Below, piece by piece: positions 10,238 through 21,854 of a stretch of DNA of 64,000 nt. The DNA is from Escherichia coli. Its GTDB lineage: Bacteria > Pseudomonadota > Gammaproteobacteria > Enterobacterales > Enterobacteriaceae. Under the pieces are notes generated by a model. It did no database searches and was not told the DNA's origin. It was given only the letters and a program-made list of their open reading frames with translations. The stretch is taken from assembly GCF_030013205.1 (NCBI RefSeq), contig NZ_CP122648.1, one strand, 5' to 3'. The position numbers and the translations under genes were made by a program. The number at the start of each line of letters is the position of its first letter. The stretch's first letter is position 1.

Positions 10238-11156
10238 CACGTTATTAACGTTACGCGACGTCCATATCAATTTCCCTGCCCGAAAAAACTGGCTTGGTAA
10301 AACTACGGAACATGTTCATGCCATCAATGGTATTGATTTACAGATCCGTCGTGGTGAAACCTTAGGGATCGTCGGTGAGTCAGGCTGCGGCAAAAGCACC
10401 CTCGCACAGCTTTTAATGGGTATGCTGCAACCGAGCCACGGGCAGTACATCTGTTCAGGATCACAACGCATTATGCAGATGGTGTTTCAGGACCCGCTCT
10501 CTTCGCTTAATCCGCGCTTACCGGTGTGGCGCATCATCACGGAACCGCTCTGGATTGCTAAGCGTAGTAGTGAACAACAGCGGCGAGCGTTGGCAGAGGA
10601 GCTGGCTGTGCAGGTGGGTATTCGTCCGGAGTATCTCGACCGCTTGCCTCATGCGTTCTCAGGCGGGCAGCGGCAACGTATCGCCATTGCCAGAGCACTC
10701 TCTTCGCAGCCTGACGTGATTGTGCTTGATGAACCAACCTCGGCGCTGGATATCTCCGTGCAGGCGCAGATCCTCAATTTACTGGTAACGCTACAGGAAA
10801 ATCGCGAGCTGACTTATGTGCTGATTTCACACAATGTCTCCGTGATACGTCATATGAGCGATCGGGTGGCGGTGATGTATCTCGGACAGATTGTGGAACT
10901 AGGAGACGCGCAACAGGTGCTGACAGCTCCGGCACATCCATACACCCGATTATTGCTGGATTCCCTCCCCGCCATTGATAAACCGCTGGAGGAAGAATGG
11001 GCATTACGTAAAACGGATCTACCAGGAAACCGCACGTTGCCACAAGGCTGTTTTTTCCGCGAACGCTGCCCTTTGGCAACCCACGGATGTGAAGTCCGGC
11101 AATCATTAACAATAAGGGAGGACGGACGTGAGATCCGGTGCTGGCGGGCGCTGTAG
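10230..11156 (+). CDS. ddpF: ABC transporter ATP-binding protein DdpF (308 aa), GTG start overlapping ddpD end
   Basis: Walker A GESGCGKST, signature FSGGQRQR; GTG at 10230 gives the expected 308 aa length. Confidence 0.85.
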   Translation: MSDTLLTLRDVHINFPARKNWLGKTTEHVHAINGIDLQIRRGETLGIVGESGCGKSTLAQLLMGMLQPSHGQYICSGSQRIMQMVFQDPLSSLNPRLPVWRIITEPLWIAKRSSEQQRRALAEELAVQVGIRPEYLDRLPHAFSGGQRQRIAIARALSSQPDVIVLDEPTSALDISVQAQILNLLVTLQENRELTYVLISHNVSVIRHMSDRVAVMYLGQIVELGDAQQVLTAPAHPYTRLLLDSLPAIDKPLEEEWALRKTDLPGNRTLPQGCFFRERCPLATHGCEVRQSLTIREDGREIRCWRAL

Positions 11157-11164
11157 AGACGCTA

Positions 11165-11205
11165 ACAACGCATCAGGCAATCACGCGCCTGACGCGTCAT
11201 CCGGC
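11165..11205. repeat. Degenerate REP-like palindromic element between convergent ddpF and osmC
   Basis: Sequence aacgcatcaggca ... gcctgacgcgtcatccggca resembles REP consensus. Confidence 0.35.
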
Positions 11206-11211
11206 AACGCT

Positions 11212-11643
11212 TTACGATTTCAACTGGTAATCAAGCGTAATTTCAGCTTTCAGTACCTGAGAAACCGGGCATCCTGCTTTTGCTTTCTGGATAATGCCGT
11301 CAAAAGTAGAGGCATCAATACCCGGCACCGCAACTTCGCTTTTCAGTGCGATTTTAGTAATCGCAAAACCGGCATCCACTTTATCCAGCGACACATCTGC
11401 GGTGGTATCAATCGATGTTGGCGTGAATCCCGCTTCCCCCAGCATTAATGAAAGCGCCATTGAGAAACATGCGGCATGCGCTGCGCCAATCAGTTCTTCA
11501 GGGTTGGTTCCTTTTTCGCCTTCAAAACGCGTGTTAAATCCATACGGCTGTTGGTTCAGCACGCCGCTCTCGGTGGATACTGTTCCCTTCCCGCGTTTGA
11601 TATCGCCTTCCCAGTGTGCCTGACCTTTCTTATGGATTGTCAT
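11212..11643 (-). CDS. osmC: Osmotically inducible peroxiredoxin OsmC (143 aa)
   Basis: ORF translation matches OsmC/Ohr family. Confidence 0.93.
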   Translation of the reverse strand: MTIHKKGQAHWEGDIKRGKGTVSTESGVLNQQPYGFNTRFEGEKGTNPEELIGAAHAACFSMALSLMLGEAGFTPTSIDTTADVSLDKVDAGFAITKIALKSEVAVPGIDASTFDGIIQKAKAGCPVSQVLKAEITLDYQLKS

Positions 11644-11987
11644 TGTTGCTCTCCTGTGGGCTTAAAAAGGAAATTATAGACTACGTGAGAAACCGCACGA
11701 GGATAAGCAGGATATTCCGAATAAAATCCGGCGAAAACATTATCTCTGAACTTAAATTAAATTCCCACAATAGATAACGGGGAATATATAATCCAAAAGA
11801 TATTGTATCAATATTAATCGGATCGCCCCAATTACAATCCCTATGAATATCATGGTGTTAAAATATAAAAATTATCAACCAGGACTAATCTTAACAACGA
11901 AGCGGCAAATATTTGCCATGCTGAATGTGCTTTATAAATCTGCGATCCGTAGCAGACACCAAAAATACACAGACACGGAGAATCGCT

Positions 11988-12203
11988 ATGTTTACTTATT
12001 ATCAGGCAGAAAATTCAACAGCAAAACCCGCTCTGGTTAATGCCATTGAGCAAGGCCTTCGGGCAGAGCACGGTGTTGTCACTGAAGATGACATTCTCAT
12101 GGAGCTGACCAAATGGGTGGAAGCTTCTGATAACGACATCCTCAGTGATATCTACCAGCAAACGATCAATTATGTGGTCAGTGGCCAGCACCCTACGCTT
12201 TAA
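11988..12203 (+). CDS. bdm: Biofilm-dependent modulation protein Bdm (71 aa)
   Basis: Internal ATG at 11988 gives MFTYYQAENSTAKPALV...; synteny next to osmC and sra. Confidence 0.85.
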   Translation: MFTYYQAENSTAKPALVNAIEQGLRAEHGVVTEDDILMELTKWVEASDNDILSDIYQQTINYVVSGQHPTL

Positions 12204-12304
12204 GGTGCTATGCTTGATCGGCAACCTAATTTAGGGGTTTAGCACGTGTTTCTTCGCTACGGCGATGTTGTCCTTAAAACTAGCAACAGGATTGAGGAGT
12301 TAAA

Positions 12305-12442
12305 ATGAAATCGAACCGTCAGGCACGTCATATTCTTGGACTGGACCATAAAATTTCTAACCAGCGCAAAATAGTTACCGAAGGTGACAAATCCAGCGTG
12401 GTAAATAACCCAACCGGCAGAAAACGCCCCGCTGAAAAGTAA
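12305..12442 (+). CDS. sra: Stationary-phase-induced ribosome-associated protein Sra (30S subunit protein S22), 45 aa
   Basis: Hand translation [52 protein letters not shown] upstream; below the ORF-track size cutoff. Confidence 0.85.
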
Positions 12443-12472
12443 TTCATAACCATCAGTCCTCAATGACGATTA

Positions 12473-12509
12473 AACACCATTGCCTGCGCAATGGTGTTTT
12501 TGTTTTTAT
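12473..12509 (+). terminator. Rho-independent terminator after sra (stem aacaccattg/caatggtgtt then T-run)
   Basis: Perfect 9-bp inverted repeat followed by TTTTTGTTTTT. Confidence 0.7.
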
Positions 12510-12598
12510 CTGCTTTATACTTGGGGCCGACGCCCTGGCGGTAAAGCAAAGACGATAAAAGCGTGCCAGGGATGGATATTCAAAAAAGAGTGAGTGAC

Positions 12599-14296
12599 AT
12601 GGAACCAAAAACAAAAAAACAGCGTTCGCTTTATATTCCTTACGCTGGCCCTGTACTGCTGGAATTTCCGTTGTTGAATAAAGGCAGCGCCTTCAGCATG
12701 GAAGAACGCCGTAACTTCAACCTGCTGGGGTTACTGCCGGAAGTGGTCGAAACCATCGAAGAACAAGCGGAACGAGCATGGATCCAGTATCAGGGATTCA
12801 AAACCGAAATCGACAAACACATCTACCTGCGTAACATCCAGGACACTAACGAAACCCTCTTCTACCGTCTGGTAAACAATCATCTTGATGAGATGATGCC
12901 TGTTATTTATACCCCAACCGTCGGCGCAGCCTGTGAGCGTTTTTCTGAGATCTACCGCCGTTCACGCGGCGTGTTTATCTCTTACCAGAACCGCCACAAT
13001 ATGGACGATATTCTGCAAAACGTGCCGAACCATAATATTAAAGTGATTGTGGTGACTGACGGCGAACGTATTCTGGGGCTTGGTGACCAGGGCATCGGCG
13101 GGATGGGCATTCCGATCGGTAAACTGTCGCTCTATACCGCTTGTGGCGGCATCAGCCCGGCGTATACCCTTCCGGTGGTGCTGGATGTCGGAACGAACAA
13201 CCAACAGCTGCTTAACGATCCGCTGTATATGGGCTGGCGTAATCCGCGTATCACTGACGACGAATACTATGAATTCGTTGATGAATTTATCCAGGCTGTG
13301 AAACAACGCTGGCCGGACGTGCTGTTGCAGTTTGAAGACTTCGCACAAAAAAATGCGATGCCGTTACTTAACCGCTATCGCAATGAAATTTGTTCTTTTA
13401 ACGATGACATTCAGGGCACCGCGGCGGTAACGGTCGGCACACTGATCGCAGCCAGCCGCGCGGCGGGTGGTCAACTGAGCGAGAAAAAAATCGTCTTCCT
13501 TGGCGCAGGTTCAGCGGGATGCGGCATTGCCGAAATGATCATCGCCCAGACCCAGCGCGAAGGATTAAGCGAGGAAGCGGCGCGGCAGAAAGTCTTTATG
13601 GTCGATCGCTTTGGCCTGCTGACGGACAAGATGCCGAACCTGCTGCCTTTCCAGACCAAACTGGTGCAGAAGCGCGAAAACCTCAGTGACTGGGATACCG
13701 ACAGCGATGTGCTGTCACTGCTGGATGTGGTGCGTAATGTAAAACCAGATATTCTGATTGGCGTCTCAGGACAGACCGGGCTGTTTACGGAAGAGATCAT
13801 CCGTGAGATGCATAAACACTGTCCGCGTCCGATCGTGATGCCGCTGTCTAACCCGACGTCACGCGTGGAAGCCACACCGCAGGACATTATCGCCTGGACT
13901 GAAGGTAACGCGCTGGTCGCCACTGGCAGTCCGTTTAATCCAGTGGTATGGAAAGATAAAATCTACCCTATCGCCCAGTGCAACAACGCCTTCATTTTCC
14001 CGGGCATCGGGCTGGGCGTTATTGCTTCCGGCGCGTCACGTATCACCGATGAGATGCTGATGTCGGCAAGTGAAACGCTTGCTCAGTATTCGCCGCTGGT
14101 CCTGAACGGCGAAGGCCTGGTACTACCGGAACTGAAAGATATTCAGAAAGTCTCCCGCGCAATTGCGTTTGCGGTTGGCAAAATGGCGCAGCAGCAAGGC
14201 GTGGCGGTGAAAACGTCTGCCGAAGCTTTGCAACAAGCCATTGATGATAATTTCTGGCACGCCGAATACCGCGACTACCGCCGTACCTCCATCTAA
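12599..14296 (+). CDS. maeA: NAD-dependent malic enzyme MaeA (565 aa)
   Basis: ORF translation from ATG 12599 ([10 protein letters not shown]...); malic enzyme family. Confidence 0.93.
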   Translation: MEPKTKKQRSLYIPYAGPVLLEFPLLNKGSAFSMEERRNFNLLGLLPEVVETIEEQAERAWIQYQGFKTEIDKHIYLRNIQDTNETLFYRLVNNHLDEMMPVIYTPTVGAACERFSEIYRRSRGVFISYQNRHNMDDILQNVPNHNIKVIVVTDGERILGLGDQGIGGMGIPIGKLSLYTACGGISPAYTLPVVLDVGTNNQQLLNDPLYMGWRNPRITDDEYYEFVDEFIQAVKQRWPDVLLQFEDFAQKNAMPLLNRYRNEICSFNDDIQGTAAVTVGTLIAASRAAGGQLSEKKIVFLGAGSAGCGIAEMIIAQTQREGLSEEAARQKVFMVDRFGLLTDKMPNLLPFQTKLVQKRENLSDWDTDSDVLSLLDVVRNVKPDILIGVSGQTGLFTEEIIREMHKHCPRPIVMPLSNPTSRVEATPQDIIAWTEGNALVATGSPFNPVVWKDKIYPIAQCNNAFIFPGIGLGVIASGASRITDEMLMSASETLAQYSPLVLNGEGLVLPELKDIQKVSRAIAFAVGKMAQQQGVAVKTSAEALQQAIDDNFWHAEYRDYRRTSI

Positions 14297-14301
14297 GCCT
14301 G

Positions 14302-14340
14302 CGCCCGGTGGTGAAAGCTGCCGGGCAATTTTCCTCTCCC
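14302..14340 (+). terminator. Putative terminator after maeA (gcccgg...ccgggc hairpin plus T-rich tail)
   Basis: Inverted repeat and downstream T-rich tract. Confidence 0.4.
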
Positions 14341-14429
14341 TTTTTCAGATCTCATCCATACTGGGTAGTGGCGAATAAATCTCATTTGCCTCACCTGCTA
14401 TGCAGAACATCATCCGAAAAGGAGGAACT

Positions 14430-15440
14430 ATGAAGGCTGCAGTTGTTACGAAGGATCATCATGTTGACGTTACGGATAAAACACTGCGCTCACTGAAACA
14501 TGGCGAAGCCCTGCTGAAAATGGAGTGTTGTGGTGTATGTCATACCGATCTTCATGTTAAGAATGGCGATTTTGGTGACAAAACCGGCGTAATTCTGGGC
14601 CATGAAGGCATCGGTGTGGTGGCAGAAGTTGGCCCAGGTGTCACCTCATTAAAACCAGGCGATCGTGCCAGCGTGGCGTGGTTTTACGAAGGATGCGGTC
14701 ATTGCGAATACTGTAACAGTGGTAACGAAACGCTCTGCCGTTCAGTTAAAAATGCCGGATACAGCGTTGATGGAGGGATGGCGGAAGAGTGCATCGTGGT
14801 CGCCGATTACGCGGTAAAAGTGCCAGATGGTCTGGACTCGGCGGCGGCCAGCAGCATTACCTGTGCGGGGGTCACCACCTACAAAGCCGTTAAGCTGTCA
14901 AAAATTCGTCCAGGGCAGTGGATTGCTATCTACGGTCTTGGCGGTCTGGGTAACCTCGCCCTGCAATACGCGAAGAATGTCTTTAACGCCAAAGTGATCG
15001 CCATTGATGTCAATGATGAGCAGTTAAAACTGGCAACCGAAATGGGCGCAGATTTAGCGATTAACTCACGCACCGAAGACGCCGCCAAAATTGTGCAGGA
15101 GAAAACTAGTGGCGCTCACGCTGCGGTGGTAACAGCGGTAGCTAAAGCTGCGTTTAACTCGGCAGTTGATGCTGTCCGTGCAGGTGGGCGTGTTGTGGCA
15201 GTCGGTCTGCCGCCGGAGTCTATGAGCCTGGATATCCCACGCCTTGTGCTGGATGGCATTGAAGTGGTCGGTTCTCTGGTCGGCACGCGCCAGGATCTAA
15301 CCGAAGCCTTCCAGTTTGCCGCCGAAGGCAAAGTGGTGCCGAAAGTCGCCCTGCGTCCGTTAGCGGACATCAACACCATCTTTACCGAGATGGAAGAAGG
15401 CAAAATCCGTGGCCGTATGGTGATTGATTTCCGCCGCTAA
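14430..15440 (+). CDS. adhP: Zn-dependent alcohol dehydrogenase AdhP (336 aa)
   Basis: ATG 14430 preceded by AAGGAGG RBS; GHEGIG and Zn-binding Cys motifs. Confidence 0.93.
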   Translation: MKAAVVTKDHHVDVTDKTLRSLKHGEALLKMECCGVCHTDLHVKNGDFGDKTGVILGHEGIGVVAEVGPGVTSLKPGDRASVAWFYEGCGHCEYCNSGNETLCRSVKNAGYSVDGGMAEECIVVADYAVKVPDGLDSAAASSITCAGVTTYKAVKLSKIRPGQWIAIYGLGGLGNLALQYAKNVFNAKVIAIDVNDEQLKLATEMGADLAINSRTEDAAKIVQEKTSGAHAAVVTAVAKAAFNSAVDAVRAGGRVVAVGLPPESMSLDIPRLVLDGIEVVGSLVGTRQDLTEAFQFAAEGKVVPKVALRPLADINTIFTEMEEGKIRGRMVIDFRR

Positions 15441-15556
15441 GAGGCCTTTGCTGCGACTGCCATGTTCGGGTCGCAGCATCGCACACTCTCCAACATGAAA
15501 TGGCTAAATGGATTATTGTTGCGTAGGAAGGAACGCTACTGAGAGTAAAGACACTA

Positions 15557-15841
15557 ATGAAAATGGCCAATCATCCCCGCCCGGGGGACATTATTCAGGA
15601 ATCACTGGACGAACTTAATGTCAGCCTGCGCGAGTTTGCCAGAGCAATGGAAATTGCGCCCTCAACGGCAAGCCGATTGCTGACCGGAAAAGCAGCTTTG
15701 ACACCAGAAATGGCGATTAAACTTTCCGTGGTGATCGGCAGTTCGCCGCAAATGTGGCTAAATCTGCAAAACGCCTGGAGTCTGGCAGAGGCAGAAAAAA
15801 CGGTGGATGTGTCGCGATTACGCCGTCTGGTTACGCAATAA
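15557..15841 (+). CDS. yddM: HigA-like XRE-family antitoxin/DNA-binding protein YddM (94 aa), apparently without a partner toxin
   Basis: ORF translation with HTH; no toxin-sized ORF in the 117 bp upstream or downstream. Confidence 0.8.
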
Positions 15842-15873
15842 AAAAAATGGCGCTTCTTAAAGCGCCATTTTCA
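15841..15873. terminator. Bidirectional intrinsic terminator between convergent yddM and fdnI
   Basis: Stem aatggcgct/agcgccatt flanked by A-run and T-run. Confidence 0.7.
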
Positions 15874-15892
15874 GCTTAAAGTTCAAAAGAGA

Positions 15893-16546
15893 TTATATCC
15901 CTTCTTCACTCTCTTTTTTCGCTTCTGCCTTCTCGATTTCACGATACCAGCGCGGATGGTGTTTCTTCGCCCAGCGACGGCTCACCTTCCCTTCGATCAT
16001 CCCTTTAATCGATCCTTTCACCCAGAAAGCCATATACATATGGATCAGGATGGCGTGGATCAGGATGATACCCGCAGCCGCATGGATCAGCAGGCTATAA
16101 CGGACAACCTGTATCGGGAAGTACTGCGCAAAGTACGGACGCCAGATAATCACCCCGGTCACCAGCAGCACGAAAATCATGCTCATGATTGACCAGAACA
16201 TCATCTTTTGCCCGGCGTTGTACTTACCGACATCCGCCACTTTGTGCTCATTGCCTTTTAATACTTCGACAATGTTCAACAGCCACGGAATATCTTTCTT
16301 ATCCGGGATGTTGTGATGCACAAAACGCACAAACATAAACATCAGCGCGACGAAAATCGCAATGCCGAAGAACGGGTGCAAAATGCGTCCCATCTGCGGC
16401 GTACCGAAGGTTTGCGTCAGCCATTGCAGCGTCGGGAAGAAGAACGAAATCCCGGACAGCGCCACCAGGAAGAAGCAAATCACCACGGTCCAGTGACAGG
16501 CGCGATCAATAAATTTGGTGCGCACAATCATTTTCGACTTACTCAT
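15893..16546 (-). CDS. fdnI: Formate dehydrogenase-N cytochrome b556 gamma subunit FdnI (217 aa)
   Basis: ORF translation from [12 protein letters not shown]...; 4-TM heme b protein. Confidence 0.9.
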   Translation of the reverse strand: MSKSKMIVRTKFIDRACHWTVVICFFLVALSGISFFFPTLQWLTQTFGTPQMGRILHPFFGIAIFVALMFMFVRFVHHNIPDKKDIPWLLNIVEVLKGNEHKVADVGKYNAGQKMMFWSIMSMIFVLLVTGVIIWRPYFAQYFPIQVVRYSLLIHAAAGIILIHAILIHMYMAFWVKGSIKGMIEGKVSRRWAKKHHPRWYREIEKAEAKKESEEGI

Positions 16547-17423
16547 GATGATCCTCCTCGTCATCGTCCACTTCCTTATTCGGGCCAATACCGATGTAGT
16601 GGAAAATCAACCCGGCAAAAGTGGCAATAAAGCCAGCCGCTGCCAGCGGTTTCAACGCGCCTTTCCACAGGCTTACCGAGGTATCGATCTTCGGATCTTT
16701 CGGCAGACCGTGATACAGCTCCGGCTGATCGGCGTGATGCAGCACGTACATAACGTGCGTACCACCGACCCCTTCCGGGTTGTAGACGTCAGCATGTTCG
16801 TAACCACGCGCTTTCAGTTTCGCCACGCGCTGTTCCGCCAGCTCCAGCATCTCCTTCTTGGTGCCGAAGTGGATAGCCCCGGTCGGACAGGTTTTCACAC
16901 AAGCCGGTTCCTGGCCGACGCTGACGCGATCGACGCAGAGCGTGCATTTATATACCCGGTTATCCTCTTTGTTGAGGCGCGGAATATTAAACGGACACCC
17001 GGCAATGCAGTAACCACAGCCGATGCAGTTTTCCGACTGGAAATCGACAATCCCGTTAGCGTACTGAATGATTGCACCAGCAGACGGGCACGCCTTCAGG
17101 CAGCCCGGATCTTCACAGTGCATACAGCCGTCTTTACGGATCAGCCACTCCAGCTTGCCGTTCTGTTCGGTTTCGCTAAAGCGCATCACCGTCCAGGACT
17201 TGGCGCTCAGATCTGCGGGGTTATCGTAAACCCCGACGCAGTGCCCCACTTCATCACGGATGTCGTTCCACTCCGAACACGCCACCTGACAGGCTTTACA
17301 GCCGATACAGGTGGAAACGTCGATAAGTTTTGCGACTTCTGCTTTGTAATCACGCACCTGAGAAGGCGGCGTGATGGAGTTAGTTGCGGACCTTTTGATA
17401 ATGTCCTGCGTTTCCATAGCCAT
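16539..17423 (-). CDS. fdnH: Formate dehydrogenase-N iron-sulfur beta subunit FdnH (294 aa)
   Basis: Four CxxCxxCxxxCP ferredoxin motifs, C-terminal TM helix. Confidence 0.93.
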   Translation of the reverse strand: MAMETQDIIKRSATNSITPPSQVRDYKAEVAKLIDVSTCIGCKACQVACSEWNDIRDEVGHCVGVYDNPADLSAKSWTVMRFSETEQNGKLEWLIRKDGCMHCEDPGCLKACPSAGAIIQYANGIVDFQSENCIGCGYCIAGCPFNIPRLNKEDNRVYKCTLCVDRVSVGQEPACVKTCPTGAIHFGTKKEMLELAEQRVAKLKARGYEHADVYNPEGVGGTHVMYVLHHADQPELYHGLPKDPKIDTSVSLWKGALKPLAAAGFIATFAGLIFHYIGIGPNKEVDDDEEDHHE

Positions 17424-17435
17424 CTGTTCGCCCCC

Positions 17436-20400
17436 TTACGCCTTCTCGATGTTGACTAAGAACGCTTTATATTCCGGCGTTTGCGAGTTTGCATCACCGA
17501 CATTCGGCGTCAGAGTGTTAGCGATATAACCTTTACGCGCGACACCCTCAAAGCCCCAGTGGATTGGAATACCCACCGTTTCAACCTGCTGACCGTTTAC
17601 ATTCAGCGGTTTCAGACGGCGCGTTACCACCGCCACCGCGCGGATAAAGCCACGCTTGCTTGAGACAGTGACACGATCGCCATTATTAATGCCTTTCGCC
17701 GCCGCCAGCGTTTCGCTGATTTCCACAAACTGTTCCGGCTGAGCAATTGCGTTGAGCAACGCGTGCTTGGTCCAGGTGTGGAAGTGCTCGGTCAGACGAT
17801 AGGTCGTACCCACATACGGGAACTGCTCTTTTTTACCCATCCGCAGCGCGTCTTGTTCATACAGACGAACGACCGGGTTAGACACCACGTTCGGATGCAG
17901 CGGGTTAGTGCCCAGCGGCGTTTCAATTGGCTCGTAGTGTTCCGGGAACGGACCTTCCGCCATTTTGTTGATGGCAAACAGGCGTCCCATCCCTTCCGGC
18001 TGCATGATAAACGGCCCGGTTGGCGTACCCGGCGCGGCATTGCCGAAGTCCGGAATATCGTTACCCGTCCACTTGCTGCCGTTCCACTGGATCAGCATCC
18101 GTTTCGGATCCCACGGTTTACCGCTGATATCCGCCGAAGCACGGTTGTAGAGTACGCGACGGTTGAGCGGCCACGCCCAGGCCCATCCCAGCGTATTCCC
18201 CAGACCGGACGGGTCGGAGTTATCGCGGTTAGCCATCTGGTTGCCCTGCTCTGTCCAGCTACCGGTGTAGATCCAGCAAGACGATGCGGTTGTACCGTCA
18301 TCACGCAGATGCGCAAAGCTACTCAGCAACTGACCTTTCTTCGCAATCAGCACGCCATTAGCATCATAGAGATCTTCCAGCGCATAGCCGTTATTCTCTT
18401 TCGCCACTTCGTCAGACTGCGGTTCGTGCGGCTGCTTGTAGTTCCAGCTCATCTTCATCAGCGGTTCTACGCCTTTACCACCTTCGGCCTGGTACAGCTC
18501 GCGCAGATGATGGTAGATACCCGCCAGAATTTCGCCGTCGTTACGCGCTTCGCCCGGCGCATCCTGACCTTTCCAGTGCCACTGCAACCAGCGACCGGAG
18601 TTAGCGATAGAACCATCTTCTTCAGCAAAGCAGGTCGAAGGCAGACGGAATACCTCAGTCTGAATAGACGCCGGATCGACATCGTTCGACTCGCCGTGGT
18701 TCTGCCAGAAGGTAGAAGTTTCAGTCACCAGCGGATCGATAACCACCATGTACTTCAGCTTGCTCAGGCAGCTCACCACTTTGTTTTTGTCCGGGAAGGA
18801 CGCAACCGGGTTAAAGCCCTGGCAGAAATAACCGGTGACTTTGCCTTCATCCATCATGTTGAAATACTTGATGACGTCGTAGGTCTGGTCCCACTTAGGC
18901 AGCCAGTCGTAGCCCCAGTTGTTCTCTTTCTGCGCGGCATCGCCGTAGAAAGATTTCATCAGGCTAACGAAGAACTTCGGATAGTTGCTCCAGTAGTTCA
19001 CCTGATCAGCCAGCGTCGCTTTCGGCGTGTTCGCTTCCAGATACGACTGCAAATCAACCTGTTTTTCTGACGGCAGCGTCAGATAACCTGGCAGGCTGGT
19101 AGAGAGCAGGCCTAAGTCAGTCAGGCCCTGAATGTTGGAGTGACCACGCAATGCGTTCACGCCGCCACCAGCCATACCCATGTTACCGAGCAGCAATTGG
19201 ATCATCGCCATGGTGCGGATGTTCTGCGCACCCACGGTGTGCTGCGTCCAGCCCAGCGCGTACAGGAAGGTGGTGGTGCGATCCGGCGCGCTGGTGGAGG
19301 CCAGCACTTCACACACTTTCAGGAAGTCGGCTTTTGGCGTACCGCAGATGTTTTCTACTACATCCGGCGTGTAGCGGGAAACGTGCTCTTTCAGCAGGTT
19401 CCACACACAGCGCGGATGAGTCAGTGTTTCATCGCGTTTCGCATAGCCGTTTTCATCGAACTGATAGTTCCAGGACGATTTATCGTACTGGCGTTTTTCA
19501 GCGTCGTAGCCGCTGAACAGACCGTCTTCGAAAGCAAAATCATCACGCACCAGCAGGCTGGCATTGGTGTAATGCTTAACGTATTCGGCATTGATTTTGT
19601 TGTTTTCGATCAGGTAGCGCAAAACGCCAGACAGGAACGTAATGTCCGTACCGGAACGAATAGGTGCGTAAATATCCGCTACAGAAGCGGTACGCGTAAA
19701 ACGGGGATCGACAACGATCAAGGTTGCATCGTTGTTGTTTTTCGCTTCCATCGCCCAGCGGAAACCGACGGGATGCGCTTCAGCAGCGTTACCGCCCATC
19801 ACCATCACGACGTTAGCGTTTTTGATATCCACCCAGTGGTTGGTCATCGCACCGCGACCAAATGTTGGAGCAAGACTTGCTACCGTTGGTCCGTGTCAGA
19901 CGCGCGCCTGGTTGTCTACCGCCAGCATCCCGAGGGAGCGGGCAAATTTCTGGGTCAGCATCCCGGTTTCGTTGCTGGCACCGGAGGCACACAGCATACC
20001 GGTAGAAAGCCAACGGTTTACCGTTACGCCCTGCTCGTTCTTTTCAATAAAGTTAGCGTCACGGTCAGCTTTCATCAGCTTCGCAATACGGGAGAATGCT
20101 TCTTCCCAGCTAATGCGCTGCCATTTGTCAGAACCTGGCGCACGATATTCCGGGTAGCGCAGACGGTTTTCGCTGTTGACGTAATCCAGCAAACCGGCCC
20201 CTTTCGGGCACAGCGCACCACGGCTTACCGGATGATCCGGGTCACCTTCAATGTGATAAATCGCTTCTCTGGCGTTTTTCGCGCCATCACCCAGGCTATA
20301 CATCAATAGCCCGCAACCTACGGAACAGTATGTGCAGGTGTTACGGATCTCTTTAGCGCGTAATAATTTGTAGTTTCGCGCCTGAGCCAGTGCTTGCTTT

Positions 20401-20483
20401 GGGGCAAAGCCCAATGCCGCTACTGTTGTTCCAGCCATACCGCCCGCGCAGATTTTAAAAAATTGTCTGCGACTGACGTCCAT
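17436..20483 (-). CDS. fdnG: Formate dehydrogenase-N catalytic alpha subunit FdnG (1015 aa) with in-frame TGA selenocysteine codon at 19896-19898 and Tat signal RRQFFK
   Basis: Two adjacent same-frame ORFs (19896-20483 and 17436-19847) separated only by one TGA; total length exactly 1016 codons; molybdopterin oxidoreductase motifs. Confidence 0.92.
19850..19895 (-). ncRNA. Bacterial SECIS stem-loop in fdnG mRNA immediately 3' of the UGA selenocysteine codon (cis element, not an independent gene)
   Basis: Position directly downstream of in-frame TGA; established requirement for SelB-dependent recoding; structure not computed. Confidence 0.5.
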
Positions 20484-20602
20484 TGCTTTCCTCTTTTTTC
20501 AGGGGTATTACTGCGCGAGGAAACTAACAGTAAAATTCTGAATCTTTTTGCGCGAAATCAAAAAGAACACGTGTTTGCCACAAAATAATCCGCCTGCGCA
20601 AA

Positions 20603-20616
20603 TTGACCTACCTCAA
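20603..20616 (-). promoter_or_regulatory. Candidate FNR box TTGAC-N4-CTCAA in the fdnG promoter region
   Basis: Near-consensus FNR half sites (TTGAT-N4-ATCAA) about 120 bp upstream of fdnG start. Confidence 0.35.
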
Positions 20617-20714
20617 TAGCGGTAGAAAAACGCACCACTGCCTGACAGGCCAGTTAAAAAAATGCTATAAAATTCAGCTTAATTTTTAACGGCAAGAGAG
20701 ACAAAACAGCGAGC

Positions 20715-21596
20715 ATGACACGACAAAAAGCAACGCTCATAGGGCTAATAGCGATCGTCCTGTGGAGCACGATGGTAGGATTGATTCGCGGTGTCAGTGA
20801 GGGGCTCGGCCCGGTCGGCGGTGCAGCTGCTATCTATTCATTAAGCGGGCTGCTGTTAATCTTCACGGTTGGATTTCCGCGTATTCGGCAGATCCCGAAA
20901 GGCTATTTACTCGCCGGGTGTCTGTTATTCGTCAGCTATGAAATCTGTCTGGCGCTTTCCTTAGGATATGCGGCGACCCGTCATCAGGCGATTGAAGTGG
21001 GTATGGTGAACTATCTGTGGCCCAGCCTGACAATTCTCTTTGCCATTCTGTTTAATGGTCAGAAAACCAACTGGCTGATTGTACCAGGATTATTATTAGC
21101 CCTGGTTGGCGTCTGCTGGGTGTTAGGTGGTGACAATGGGTTACATTATGATGAAATCATCAATAATATCACCACCAGCCCATTGAGTTATTTCCTGGCG
21201 TTTATTGGTGCGTTTATCTGGGCAGCCTATTGCACAGTAACGAATAAATACGCACGCGGATTTAACGGAATTACCGTTTTTGTCCTACTAACGGGAGCAA
21301 GTCTGTGGGTTTACTATTTTCTCACGCCACAACCAGAAATGGTATTTAGCACGCCCGTCATGATTAAACTCACCTCTGCGGCATTTACCTTAGGATTTGC
21401 TTATGCTGCATGGAACGTCGGTATATTACATGGCAACGTCACCATTATGGCGGTAGGTTCGTATTTTACGCCCGTCCTTTCCTCAGCGCTTGCAGCCGTG
21501 CTGCTCAGCGCCCCGCTGTCGTTCTCGTTCTGGCAAGGCGCGCTAATGGTCTGCGGCGGTTCCCTGCTCTGCTGGCTGGCGACACGTCGTGGCTAA
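20715..21596 (+). CDS. yddG: DMT-family aromatic amino acid exporter YddG (293 aa)
   Basis: ORF translation, 10-TM EamA-type transporter. Confidence 0.9.
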   Translation: MTRQKATLIGLIAIVLWSTMVGLIRGVSEGLGPVGGAAAIYSLSGLLLIFTVGFPRIRQIPKGYLLAGCLLFVSYEICLALSLGYAATRHQAIEVGMVNYLWPSLTILFAILFNGQKTNWLIVPGLLLALVGVCWVLGGDNGLHYDEIINNITTSPLSYFLAFIGAFIWAAYCTVTNKYARGFNGITVFVLLTGASLWVYYFLTPQPEMVFSTPVMIKLTSAAFTLGFAYAAWNVGILHGNVTIMAVGSYFTPVLSSALAAVLLSAPLSFSFWQGALMVCGGSLLCWLATRRG

Positions 21597-21854
21597 AATA
21601 ATTGTCGGGTCTACGGCCCGGCAGTTAATCAGATAAATTCCGACAATATAAAAAAATAAATTTCAAATACCAGTAGTTCACCTTATATCTCATTTCGACT
21701 TCGATCACATATCGATAAATAATATTATTTCATCTATTTTTCTCATTGTTTTTAATCACCATTCTATTTTAAAAACAGTATGTCATTTATAAATGACGCC
21801 GTTTAAAATTCGTTTAGAAAATACGTTTAACGATAATTAAAAGGATTCTGTTAA

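Noticed and set aside
13471-13923. 150-aa minus-strand ORF inside maeA
   Set aside because: Antisense shadow ORF
16515-17459. 314-aa plus-strand ORF opposite fdnH
   Set aside because: Antisense shadow ORF of the ferredoxin-like fdnH; no RBS or motif
19847-19898. Apparent break of fdnG into two ORFs (possible pseudogene)
   Set aside because: The break is a single in-frame TGA at the known selenocysteine position; both parts are in the same frame and sum to the exact FdnG length
17763-20309. Long plus-strand ORFs (435 and 389 aa) opposite fdnG
   Set aside because: They are antisense to a strongly supported conserved gene, have Arg/His-rich low-complexity composition and no recognisable domain; typical shadow ORFs in GC-rich coding DNA
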